From: Lachnospiraceae bacterium
GTDB taxonomy: Bacteria > Bacillota > Clostridia > Lachnospirales > Lachnospiraceae
Direction of reading: 5' to 3'
Assembly (NCBI GenBank): GCA_017623815.1
Contig: JAGAOK010000011.1
Location: 40,279 to 104,278 of the forward strand
Length of the DNA stretch: 64,000 bases
In this document: positions 8,157 through 17,162 of the stretch, in pieces
Numbering within the stretch: the first letter of the stretch is position 1
Layout of the letters: each line of letters begins with the position of its first letter
The notes under the pieces: generated by a model
What the model saw: only the letters and a program-made list of their open reading frames with translations
Databases searched by the model: none
Told to the model about the DNA's origin: nothing
Position numbers and translations under genes: made by a program

Positions 8157-9080
8157 ATGGATACAAACTTAAATTTATATTACATTTTCTATACTGTGGC
8201 ACAGCATAAAAATATATCCGGTGCTGCCAAGCAGCTTTATATCAGTCAGCCCGCCATCAGCAAGGCCATTTCCAAACTCGAACAAAGTCTCGAGGTTCAG
8301 CTCTTTCACCGTTCTTCGCGCGGTGTAACGCTTACAATGGAAGGCGAGCTTTTGTACGAGCAGGTCCGCGCCGCTTTTTCTGCCATCCGCCACGGCGAGG
8401 AACAGATTAAGCGTGTAAATGAACTGGGTGTTTCGCAGCTTTCCATCGGTGTCAGCATTACTTTGTGTAAATATGTCCTTCTGCCGTATCTGCAGCAGTT
8501 TATCAAGGACAACCCGCACATCAAAGTAACGATTACCTGTCATCCATCGTTGGAAACCATCCGCGATATTGATAATTCCGTGACTGATATCGGTATTGTC
8601 GGAATTCCGAGTCAGCCAGGAAATCTCACCTATATTCCGTTCCGGGAGATTCAGGATACCTTTGTCACTACGGACCGTTATCTTGAAAATCTTCGTATCC
8701 GCGAAGGAAACGAAAAGGGGACCATCTTAAACAATGCTACTTTTATGATGCTCGACAAGGACAATATTTCCCGCAAATATGTGGATATGTATTTGTCATC
8801 CAATCAGATTTCCATGAGTAACATCATCGAAATCAACACGATGGACCTTCTGATTGAGCTTGCCCGGATTGATCTTGGAATCGCCTGTGTTATTAAGGAT
8901 TTTGTCACGGACGATCTTGCACAGGGTACCCTAAAAGAATTATCTTTCCGGCGCACAATTCCGAAACGCAAGATTGGTCTTGTGTACAAGGACGACACCA
9001 TTATGTCGGACGCAATGAAAAAATTCATTTCCTATTTTATGGATCAAACAGGAAATGAATCTTTGATTTCATCTATATAA
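8157..9080 (+). CDS. LysR family transcriptional regulator
   Basis: 307 aa with an N-terminal HTH (FYTVAQHKNISGAAKQLYISQPAISKAISKLEQSL) and a substrate-binding domain. It is the only plus-strand gene in the window. Confidence 0.9.
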   Translation: MDTNLNLYYIFYTVAQHKNISGAAKQLYISQPAISKAISKLEQSLEVQLFHRSSRGVTLTMEGELLYEQVRAAFSAIRHGEEQIKRVNELGVSQLSIGVSITLCKYVLLPYLQQFIKDNPHIKVTITCHPSLETIRDIDNSVTDIGIVGIPSQPGNLTYIPFREIQDTFVTTDRYLENLRIREGNEKGTILNNATFMMLDKDNISRKYVDMYLSSNQISMSNIIEINTMDLLIELARIDLGIACVIKDFVTDDLAQGTLKELSFRRTIPKRKIGLVYKDDTIMSDAMKKFISYFMDQTGNESLISSI

Positions 9081-9106
9081 TTTTGACTATTGCGTTTGCA
9101 GTAAAC

Positions 9107-10039
9107 TTATTCGTTCTCAAATAAAGGAGTGGAGAAATAACGCTCAGCTGTATCCGGCAGGACTGTTACGACAGTCTTGCCTTTTCCTAATTTCTTGGCA
9201 AGTTTCAATGCAGCAGCCACATTGGTTCCGCTGCTGATTCCGCACATCAGCCCCTCAAGTCTTGCAAGATCTTTTGCCGTCTGAAGTGCTTCCTCATCCG
9301 AAACAATATATACGTCGTCGTAAATTTCCTGATTCAAGTTCTTAGGAATCAATCCATCACCGATTCCCATCTGTAAATGAGTTCCGATGGTTCCGCCCGC
9401 AAGGATGGCCGCATTTTCCGGTTCTACGGCCCAGATTACCACATCCGGATTCTGTCTTTTTAACACTTCACCGACACCGCTGATGGTTCCGCCGGTACCG
9501 ATGCCGGAACAGAATCCGTCTACCGGTCCTGCCACCTGTTCCAGAATCTCAAGTCCTGTATGGTGTTTGTGAACCAGTGGATTTGCCGGATTTTCAAACT
9601 GTTGCGGAACATAGACATTCGGATCTTCGTCTGCCATCTTGTAAGCCAGTTTCATACATTCATCAATACAGTCACCGATATTTCCGGCGTCATGTACCAG
9701 AATCACTTCCGCGCCGTAATGTCTGACAAGTTTTCTTCGTTCTTCACTTACGGAATCCGGCATAATAATCACCGTCTTATATCCTTTTACCGCTCCGATC
9801 AGTGCCAGTCCGATTCCCTGGTTTCCGCTGGTCGGTTCCACAATGATGGTATCTTTATGAATGATACCGTCTTTTTCTGCTTTTTTAATCATGTTGTAAG
9901 CGGTTCTGGTCTTGATAGAACCACCAACATTGAGTCCTTCAAATTTCACAAGAACTTCTGCACCTTCCGGGTCTGCCATTTTATTCAGACGAATGAGCGG
10001 TGTCTGTCCCATGCATTGCAGTACATTATCATAAATCAT
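9107..10039 (-). CDS. cysK: Cysteine synthase A (O-acetylserine sulfhydrylase)
   Basis: 310 aa with the PLP-Lys region GGSIKTRTA, plus TSGNQGIGLA and GIGTGGTISG. Confidence 0.93.
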   Translation of the reverse strand: MIYDNVLQCMGQTPLIRLNKMADPEGAEVLVKFEGLNVGGSIKTRTAYNMIKKAEKDGIIHKDTIIVEPTSGNQGIGLALIGAVKGYKTVIIMPDSVSEERRKLVRHYGAEVILVHDAGNIGDCIDECMKLAYKMADEDPNVYVPQQFENPANPLVHKHHTGLEILEQVAGPVDGFCSGIGTGGTISGVGEVLKRQNPDVVIWAVEPENAAILAGGTIGTHLQMGIGDGLIPKNLNQEIYDDVYIVSDEEALQTAKDLARLEGLMCGISSGTNVAAALKLAKKLGKGKTVVTVLPDTAERYFSTPLFENE

Positions 10040-10150
10040 CTTTATTACCTCTTGTTTTTATTATCTTATGTAGTTTTTCTTATTGTGTATCCTGCATTTC
10101 GTTTTCTGTTCTATATTTATTGCCAAACACTTATAAAACTCACAAATAAG

Positions 10151-10159
10151 AGTATACCA
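10151..10159 (-). promoter_or_regulatory. Candidate extended -10 promoter for cysK
   Basis: The reverse strand reads TGGTATACT, directly downstream of the terminator at 10169-10203. No good -35 is visible. Confidence 0.35.
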
Positions 10160-10168
10160 CGATTTCAC

Positions 10169-10203
10169 AAAAAAAGAACTCCTTTTTTCAAGAAGTTCTT
10201 TTT
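10169..10203 (-). terminator. Rho-independent (bidirectional-looking) terminator upstream of cysK
   Basis: The arms AAGAACT (10174-10180) and AGTTCTT (10194-10200) form the stem. An A-run lies on the left (U-run on the minus-strand RNA) and a T-run on the right. Confidence 0.6.
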
Positions 10204-10206
10204 CTT

Positions 10207-10332
10207 TTATGCTCTCACGTCAAATCTTCCGGTCATTTCTTCACGCGCTTCTTTAAAAAGATGCTCAAAATCTTTCTTTTTTTCTTTCTTGTCTTTCTCT
10301 GTCGGTCGTTCGCGTTTGGTTCTTCCGTTCAT
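10207..10332 (-). CDS. Doubtful small basic ORF (41 aa from the ATG; the frame stays open 37 more codons upstream with no canonical start)
   Basis: MNGRTKRERPTEKDKKEKKKDFEHLFKEAREEMTGRFDVRA. No SD precedes the ATG. The upstream in-frame sequence reads ..QIYIQGGIVGYGDYGILKVDSIVIITS. It could be a gene relic. Confidence 0.15.
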   Translation of the reverse strand: MNGRTKRERPTEKDKKEKKKDFEHLFKEAREEMTGRFDVRA

Positions 10333-10548
10333 GGATGTAATAATCACAATAGAGTCAACCTTTAATATACCGTAATCTCCGTATCCGACAATCCCTCCCT
10401 GGATGTATATTTGTTTGGTTTCATTAAATATATCGACATGATATTATAGTCTCTTAATAGCTATTACATATATTCTGAGTTCTCTGAGCTTTACTGCCGG
10501 TCCTGCGGGGGAAAGGCAGCTACTCTGTTTTGTGTTTGACCGGCGGCT

Positions 10549-10616
10549 CCGCGGGGGAATTTAGCCGACCTCATTGCATCTCGTGGTGGGAATTTAGTCG
10601 GTTCTATCCCCCGCGG
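10549..10616. repeat. 10-bp perfect inverted repeat CCGCGGGGGA/TCCCCCGCGG enclosing a GGGAATTTAG(C/T)CG direct repeat
   Basis: The arms lie at 10549-10558 and 10607-10616. The direct repeats lie at 10555-10567 and 10588-10600. Confidence 0.7.
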
Positions 10617-10761
10617 GTATTAGCTCTAAAAAAACTGCTCCAATACCCAGTGTTTGCCAAAATCCTGGGTATTGAAGGCACTTTCGAAGTTCCAATACCC
10701 AAAAATGCCTCAAAACTCACTCTTTTTGGGTATTAGAGCGCTATTTTGATATCCAATACCC
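10614..10761. repeat. Array R2: three 35-36-nt units with (T/C)GGGTATT...AATACCC(A) termini, the same family and orientation as R1
   Basis: Units lie at 10614-10649, 10666-10701 and 10727-10761. Perfect inverted repeats: CAATACCCAG/CTGGGTATTG (10641-10650, 10665-10674), AATACCCAAAAA/TTTTTGGGTATT (10694-10705, 10723-10734), and TGGGTATTG/CAATACCCA (10666-10674, 10693-10701). Confidence 0.75.
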
Positions 10762-10781
10762 TTCCGGTTCCGCCAACAACA

Positions 10782-10816
10782 TAAAAATCCCCCATGCTCA
10801 AGCAAGCAAGGGGGAT
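10782..10816 (-). terminator. Rho-independent terminator after ilvC
   Basis: The stem is ATCCCCC (10787-10793) paired with GGGGGAT (10810-10816). AAAAA (10782-10786) gives a U-run on the minus-strand RNA. Confidence 0.65.
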
Positions 10817-10829
10817 ATGTAGTACAAAA

Positions 10830-11867
<1,038 letters not shown>

Positions 11868-11914
11868 CTAAAATGTTTGTTTCTTTATAGATAGCTGCCC
11901 TTCGCAGCATTACC

Positions 11915-12421
11915 TTACTCTTTGTCTAAATAAATAACCCCTTCGGTTCCTCGGCCCAGACCTGCAATACCGGTTCTGGCAAGTTCAAGAATCTCATATC
12001 CGTCAAGTAATTTAAGGAATGCATCAATTTTTTCCTGCTTTCCTGTCAACTCAACCATAAGAGAATCTACTGCAACGTCAACAATATTGGCACGATAGAC
12101 ATTCGCAAGTGCAATTACACCCTGTCGCTGCATTTCATCGACTCTTACCTTTACCATCGCAAGTTCTCTGTAAACGCTGCAATCCGGTTTTAATTCCTTG
12201 ATATCGCGTACATCTACAAGTTTTGCCACCTGCTTTTCAATCTGATCAAGAATTGCATCATCACCGCTGGCAACAATTGTAATTCGCGAGTAACGCGGAT
12301 CCGCTGTCGTACCGGCTGTAATACTCTCAATATTGTAACCTCTTCGGCTGAACAGTCCCGAAATACGACTAAGCACACCCGAGGTGTTGTCTGCTAAAAT
12401 CTGAAATACCTTTTTCTGCAT
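11915..12421 (-). CDS. ilvN: Acetolactate synthase small (regulatory) subunit
   Basis: 168 aa with an ACT domain (ADNTSGVLSRISGLFSRRGYNIESI) and the ALS_ss_C region. Confidence 0.9.
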   Translation of the reverse strand: MQKKVFQILADNTSGVLSRISGLFSRRGYNIESITAGTTADPRYSRITIVASGDDAILDQIEKQVAKLVDVRDIKELKPDCSVYRELAMVKVRVDEMQRQGVIALANVYRANIVDVAVDSLMVELTGKQEKIDAFLKLLDGYEILELARTGIAGLGRGTEGVIYLDKE

Positions 12422-12456
12422 TGGTTTTCATACCCTTTCTGTATTGCTTTATCAGC

Positions 12457-12486
12457 ATTGTATCAGTTGTCTATGTGCTTTGTCAA
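12457..12486 (-). promoter_or_regulatory. Near-consensus internal sigma-A promoter ahead of ilvN-ilvC
   Basis: The reverse strand reads TTGACA (12481-12486), an 18-nt spacer, then TACAAT (12457-12462). Confidence 0.55.
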
Positions 12487-12511
12487 CGTATGACATTGTT
12501 TCATGTGTATC

Positions 12512-12526
12512 ATAACCCAGGGTTAT
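12512..12526. repeat. Perfect 15-bp palindrome ATAACCC-A-GGGTTAT
   Basis: It lies between the stop of the first small-subunit gene (12541) and the -35 box. The ACCCAGGGT core resembles the arms of the R1/R2 repeat units. Confidence 0.6.
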
Positions 12527-12540
12527 TACGCATGTGATTA

Positions 12541-13026
12541 TTATTCGTTTTCAGAACATTTCATAAGTGCGAGCGTTCCTGTTCTTGCACATTCAACCAC
12601 ACTGATGGAATTCATCATCTGAATCAGAAGTTTAATACGCTCCGGCGTGTCACAAATCTGAATCATCATATAACTCTTGGACATATCGACAATCTCTGCT
12701 TTCAGGATATCACAGATTTCCATGATGTCCTTGCGATTGGTGCGGTTGTACTTTACTTTCATGAGCATCAGTTCTCTTGAGATACTCTGCTCTTCTTTGA
12801 ACGTACGTACTTTGATAATATCCAGTTTTTTGTTGAGCTGCTTTTCAATCTGCTCAAGCGTTCTCTGGTTACCGCTGCTGACAATGGTCATACAGGATAC
12901 ATCCGGGTGATCTGTCTCTCCCACCGCCAGAGAATCAATATTGAAACATCTTCTGGAAAACAGTCCTGCGACTTTACACAGAACACCGGATCTGTTTTCC
13001 ACTGAAATGGAATAAATCTTTTTCAT
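12541..13026 (-). CDS. Second acetolactate synthase small-subunit paralog (ACT domain)
   Basis: The ATG at 13026 (MKKIYSISVENRSGVLCKVAGLFSRRCFNIDSL) has the SD AAGGAGGAG. It is full length (161 aa) and divergent from the downstream paralog. Confidence 0.8.
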   Translation of the reverse strand: MKKIYSISVENRSGVLCKVAGLFSRRCFNIDSLAVGETDHPDVSCMTIVSSGNQRTLEQIEKQLNKKLDIIKVRTFKEEQSISRELMLMKVKYNRTNRKDIMEICDILKAEIVDMSKSYMMIQICDTPERIKLLIQMMNSISVVECARTGTLALMKCSENE

Positions 13027-13039
13027 TGTTTTCTCCTCC

Positions 13040-14653
13040 TTATACCAGATCCATCGGGTCAATGAGGCATTCCATCAGACACGCTTTGTCTTCTTTTAAG
13101 AACGCATCAATCTGCTGCTCCATGTCTTTTCCGTCCTTTACAAGGAAGTAAGGCATATCATAAGCGGCTGCGATAGAAGAAAGATCCGGACTGCCTGTCA
13201 GATCAACTACGGAATACTTGTCCTCGTAGGTAAAATGCTGATACTGACGTACCATTCCGAGGAAATTGTTGCGAAGAACAATAATCTTTGATTTAATACC
13301 GTGCTGACGCATGGTTGCAAGTTCCATCATGGACATCTGGAAGGAACCGTCTCCGCAGACTGCGACAACTTCTCTTTCCGGCATACTGTATTTTGCACCC
13401 ATTGCCGCCGGAATCGAATATCCCATCGTTCCCATTCCGCCTGATGTCAGGAAATCACCCTGTTTTACAATGTGATAGCCGCAGGACCAGATCTGATTCT
13501 GTCCGACGTCAGCCACATAAACTGCCGTATCCGGAAGTTTACGCGAAAGCATCTGGATAAATGCCGCAGGATCGACAAACGCATCGGAAACGCAGCGCTT
13601 TTTCTCCATCGTTTTTGCATATTCATCTAAGGTCTCTTTCCACTGTACGTAGTCACCTTTCACCTCCTGCTCAAGCAAATCTTCAAAAATAGATTTGCAG
13701 TCACCTACAAGAGGAATATGAGGACCGACATTTTTACCGATTTCTGCCGGGTCAACATCAATATGGATCAAAAGCTTATTGTTGATAATAAGGTCCGGCT
13801 GACTGATGGCACGATCTGCCACACGTGCTCCCACCATGATCAGAAGATCACAATCATTCATTGCGCGGTTCGCATACGGTTTTCCGTTATTTCCGACCAT
13901 ACCGTAATACATCTCATCTTCCGTCGGCATTACTCCGATTCCCATCATTGTGGAAACCACCGGAATGTTGAATTTATGTGAGAATTCAAGCAGTTCTTTG
14001 CGCGCATCTGCAAGAAGAACTCCTCCGCCCGCACATATCAGCGGACGTTTTGCCTCTGCAAGCTCTTTTACTACTTTTTTAATCTGCGCCATGTTACCTT
14101 TTACGGTCGGCTTATAAGTACGCAGTTTTACTTCTTCCGGATATTTAAATTTATTGATGGTCGCATTCTGTACATCAATCGGTACGTCTATAAGTACCGG
14201 TCCTTTACGTCCGGTTGTTGCAATATGAAATGCCTCCTTGAAAATACGTGGAATATCATCTACATCACGCACAAGATAGCTGTATTTTACAAAGCTTTCC
14301 ACTGCTCCCGTGATGTCTGCCTCCTGGAACACGTCACTTCCGAGAAGCTCGCTGTGCACCTGTCCTGTAATACAGATCATCGGAATGGAATCTGCAAACG
14401 CGGTTGCGATACCTGTGATAAGATTGGTAGCTCCCGGTCCGCTTGTCACGGCACAAACACCGACTTTTCCGGACACGCGGTAATATCCGCTCGCCGCATG
14501 CGCTGCATTCTGCTCCGTACGTACCAGTACACTTTCAATCTCTGAATCTAAAATACTATTATAAAACGGGCAAATTGCTACACCCGGATATCCGAATACG
14601 GAAGTTACACCTTCCATCTCCAGACATTTTACCATTGCATCTGCTCCTAACAT
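13040..14653 (-). CDS. ilvB: Acetolactate synthase large (catalytic) subunit
   Basis: 537 aa ThDP enzyme with GYPGVAI, TSGPGATN and the GDGSFQM ThDP motif. Confidence 0.93.
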   Translation of the reverse strand: MLGADAMVKCLEMEGVTSVFGYPGVAICPFYNSILDSEIESVLVRTEQNAAHAASGYYRVSGKVGVCAVTSGPGATNLITGIATAFADSIPMICITGQVHSELLGSDVFQEADITGAVESFVKYSYLVRDVDDIPRIFKEAFHIATTGRKGPVLIDVPIDVQNATINKFKYPEEVKLRTYKPTVKGNMAQIKKVVKELAEAKRPLICAGGGVLLADARKELLEFSHKFNIPVVSTMMGIGVMPTEDEMYYGMVGNNGKPYANRAMNDCDLLIMVGARVADRAISQPDLIINNKLLIHIDVDPAEIGKNVGPHIPLVGDCKSIFEDLLEQEVKGDYVQWKETLDEYAKTMEKKRCVSDAFVDPAAFIQMLSRKLPDTAVYVADVGQNQIWSCGYHIVKQGDFLTSGGMGTMGYSIPAAMGAKYSMPEREVVAVCGDGSFQMSMMELATMRQHGIKSKIIVLRNNFLGMVRQYQHFTYEDKYSVVDLTGSPDLSSIAAAYDMPYFLVKDGKDMEQQIDAFLKEDKACLMECLIDPMDLV

Positions 14654-14678
14654 AAGTCACCTCTGTCTATTTCATTTC

Positions 14679-17123
14679 TTATATTTCAGTTAATCGGGTT
14701 GCTACTTTTACAGCCTCCGATGCATCCTTTGCATAGCCGTCGGCTCCGATCTCATCCGCATATTCCTGCGTGATTACCGCACCGCCTACCATAAAGCGGG
14801 CACCGCATCCTTTCTGCTTTGCATAGTCAATAATCAGTTTCATCTGCTGCATCGTTGTTGTCATAAGGGCTGATAAACCTATCATCTTTGCATTCTCGGC
14901 AATGGCCGTTTCCACAATCACTTCTTTGGATACGTCTTTGCCGAGGTCAATGACTCGGAACCCGTAATTCTTGAGCATAAGGACGACAAGATTTTTACCT
15001 ATGTCATGAATATCTCCCTCTACCGTCGCTAAAACAATCGTCGCTTTCGGCTCAGCATCCTTATTTTCAAGCAGCAGCGGTTCGATATGCTCCACTGCCA
15101 TTTTCATCGCTTCTGCACCTGCAATCAGCTGTGGCAGGAAATAAATTCCTTTGTCAAACAGATCACCCACATCATTGATTGCCCGAAGAAGCGTTTCATC
15201 CAGAAGTTCCTTGGGTTTGACACCGCTGTCCAAACAACTTTGTGTCAGCTCCACAATCTGTTTTCTGTTTCCTTTCAGCACCGCCTGATACACCTTTTCC
15301 TGCGGAGAAAGACTCTCTGTTTTGACCGGCATAGCCCCACTCTCTTGTCCCGGGGTATTCTCCTGTCGCTGTTTGCGGTCATTCATCGTAGTAATATATC
15401 GAAGATCTGCCTCCTCTTTTCCTAAAAGCAGATCACTTGCCAGCATACTGGCGGTAAGCAAATCCTGATTCGGATTTGCAATTGCCATCGTAAGACCATT
15501 TGCAATCGCCATCGTAAGGAAGGTTGCATTGATATAACCTCGCTCCGGAAGTCCGAACGAAATATTTGAAAGGCCGCAGACAGTCGCAAGCCCCAGGCTC
15601 TTACAATAACGAATCGTTTCCAGTGTTTCCAGTGCCGCCTTCGGATTGGCTCCGACGGTGGTCACAAGACCATCCACGATGATGTCTTCCTTTTTCATGC
15701 CAAGCTCAAGTGCCCGGTCCATGATCTTATGTATGATTTCTTTCTTTTCCTCCAAAGACTTCGGAAGTCCCTCGTCAGAAAGAGGAAGAAGAATAAACAT
15801 TGCTCCGTATTTTTTTGCAAGCGGTAACAATTTTTCAAACTTTTCCGTCTCATAGGAAATGGAATTGATCAGTGCTCTACCCGGATAACGGCGAAGCGCA
15901 CTTTCCTGCACCTCCACATAAGAAGAGTCAATGCAAAGCGGAAGACTTGTCAGCATGGACACTTCCTCCATCACCTGAAGAAGCGTTGTCTTTTCATCAA
16001 TTCCGCTCATACCCATGTTAATATCAAGCACCTGTGCTCCTGCCTCTTCCTGTGCGGTCACAAACTGCTCTACCATGGAATGGTCTCCGTTTCGAATAAG
16101 CTCCTGAAATTTTTTCTTACCGGTCGGATTGATTCGTTCTCCCACCAGAATAAATTTATCATCAAGGCCGAAACTAAGTGTTTTTCTTTCACTTGCCAGA
16201 TGTCTGTGTCCGGCCATGCTTCCCATCTTATCTTTGTATGTTTCAAAAAGCTCTGCGGTCTCTTTGACAAGCATCGCAATGTGCTCCGGTGTCGTTCCGC
16301 AGCATCCGCCCATAATCGTTGCTCCGGCCGCTGCAAGTGCCTTCATCTGCTCTCCAAAGCTTTCCGCATCCATGTCATAAACAGTTTTTCCATCTGCTGA
16401 CAGCGCCGGAAGTCCTGCGTTTGGCTTTGCAATCACCGGAACCTGCGCCACATCATGCATCCGCGAAACCACTTCTGCCATTTCCTTAGGTCCTGTACTG
16501 CAGTTTACACCGACTGCATCTGCACCGAGGGACTGAAGCACTACCATTGCCGTCACCGGATCGGTTCCGAACAAGGTTTTTCCGTCTGCCTCAAAAGTAA
16601 GCGTTACCATCACCGGCAGCTCACAGGTCTCTTTCGCTGCAATGAGCGCTGCTCTTGCCTCCTGCAGACTCATCATCGTCTCCACTACCAAAAGATCAGC
16701 CCCTGCATCAGCCAATGCCGAAATCTGCTCTTTATATACATCAATCAGCTGTTCAAAATCCAGCGTTCCGATCGGTGCAAGCTGCTGACCGGTCATTGTA
16801 ATATCACCCGCTACCAGCGCTTTTCCGCCGGCCGCTTCTTTGGAAAGAGCCACCAGCTTATGATTGATTTCGGAAACCGAATCCTGCAATCCGTATTCTG
16901 CCAGCTTCATACGGTTTGAAGTAAAGGTCGGTGCATAAAGAATGTTGGTCCCGGCCTCCACATAGGCTTTTTGCAGATCTATCAAAGCCTCCGGATGCTC
17001 CAATATCCAGGATTCCGGACAAACTCCGGGCACAAGTCCCTTTTCCTGCAGATTGGAACCTGTCGCACCATCTAAATAAATATATTGCTTTTTACACAAA
17101 TCCTTAAATTCTGTTTTTGTCAT
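14679..17123 (-). CDS. metH: Cobalamin-dependent methionine synthase, short form (Hcy, pterin and B12 domains; no AdoMet reactivation domain)
   Basis: 814 aa with GGCCGTTPEHI (Hcy domain), a pterin-binding barrel, and the B12 motif EGDIHDIGKN. The protein ends right after the B12 domain. Confidence 0.88.
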   Translation of the reverse strand: MTKTEFKDLCKKQYIYLDGATGSNLQEKGLVPGVCPESWILEHPEALIDLQKAYVEAGTNILYAPTFTSNRMKLAEYGLQDSVSEINHKLVALSKEAAGGKALVAGDITMTGQQLAPIGTLDFEQLIDVYKEQISALADAGADLLVVETMMSLQEARAALIAAKETCELPVMVTLTFEADGKTLFGTDPVTAMVVLQSLGADAVGVNCSTGPKEMAEVVSRMHDVAQVPVIAKPNAGLPALSADGKTVYDMDAESFGEQMKALAAAGATIMGGCCGTTPEHIAMLVKETAELFETYKDKMGSMAGHRHLASERKTLSFGLDDKFILVGERINPTGKKKFQELIRNGDHSMVEQFVTAQEEAGAQVLDINMGMSGIDEKTTLLQVMEEVSMLTSLPLCIDSSYVEVQESALRRYPGRALINSISYETEKFEKLLPLAKKYGAMFILLPLSDEGLPKSLEEKKEIIHKIMDRALELGMKKEDIIVDGLVTTVGANPKAALETLETIRYCKSLGLATVCGLSNISFGLPERGYINATFLTMAIANGLTMAIANPNQDLLTASMLASDLLLGKEEADLRYITTMNDRKQRQENTPGQESGAMPVKTESLSPQEKVYQAVLKGNRKQIVELTQSCLDSGVKPKELLDETLLRAINDVGDLFDKGIYFLPQLIAGAEAMKMAVEHIEPLLLENKDAEPKATIVLATVEGDIHDIGKNLVVLMLKNYGFRVIDLGKDVSKEVIVETAIAENAKMIGLSALMTTTMQQMKLIIDYAKQKGCGARFMVGGAVITQEYADEIGADGYAKDASEAVKVATRLTEI

Positions 17124-17162
17124 ATTTTCCCTTTCCAGGTTTTACTCATATCCATATTCCCA

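Noticed and set aside
10040-10168. A T-box, SAM or other riboswitch upstream of cysK, and likewise upstream of leuC, ilvB, metH and proB.
   Set aside because: The available untranslated regions are about 25-130 nt. I could not find a specifier/T-box (AGGGUGGNACCGCG-like) or other conserved riboswitch core sequence. Only a simple promoter and SD are visible.
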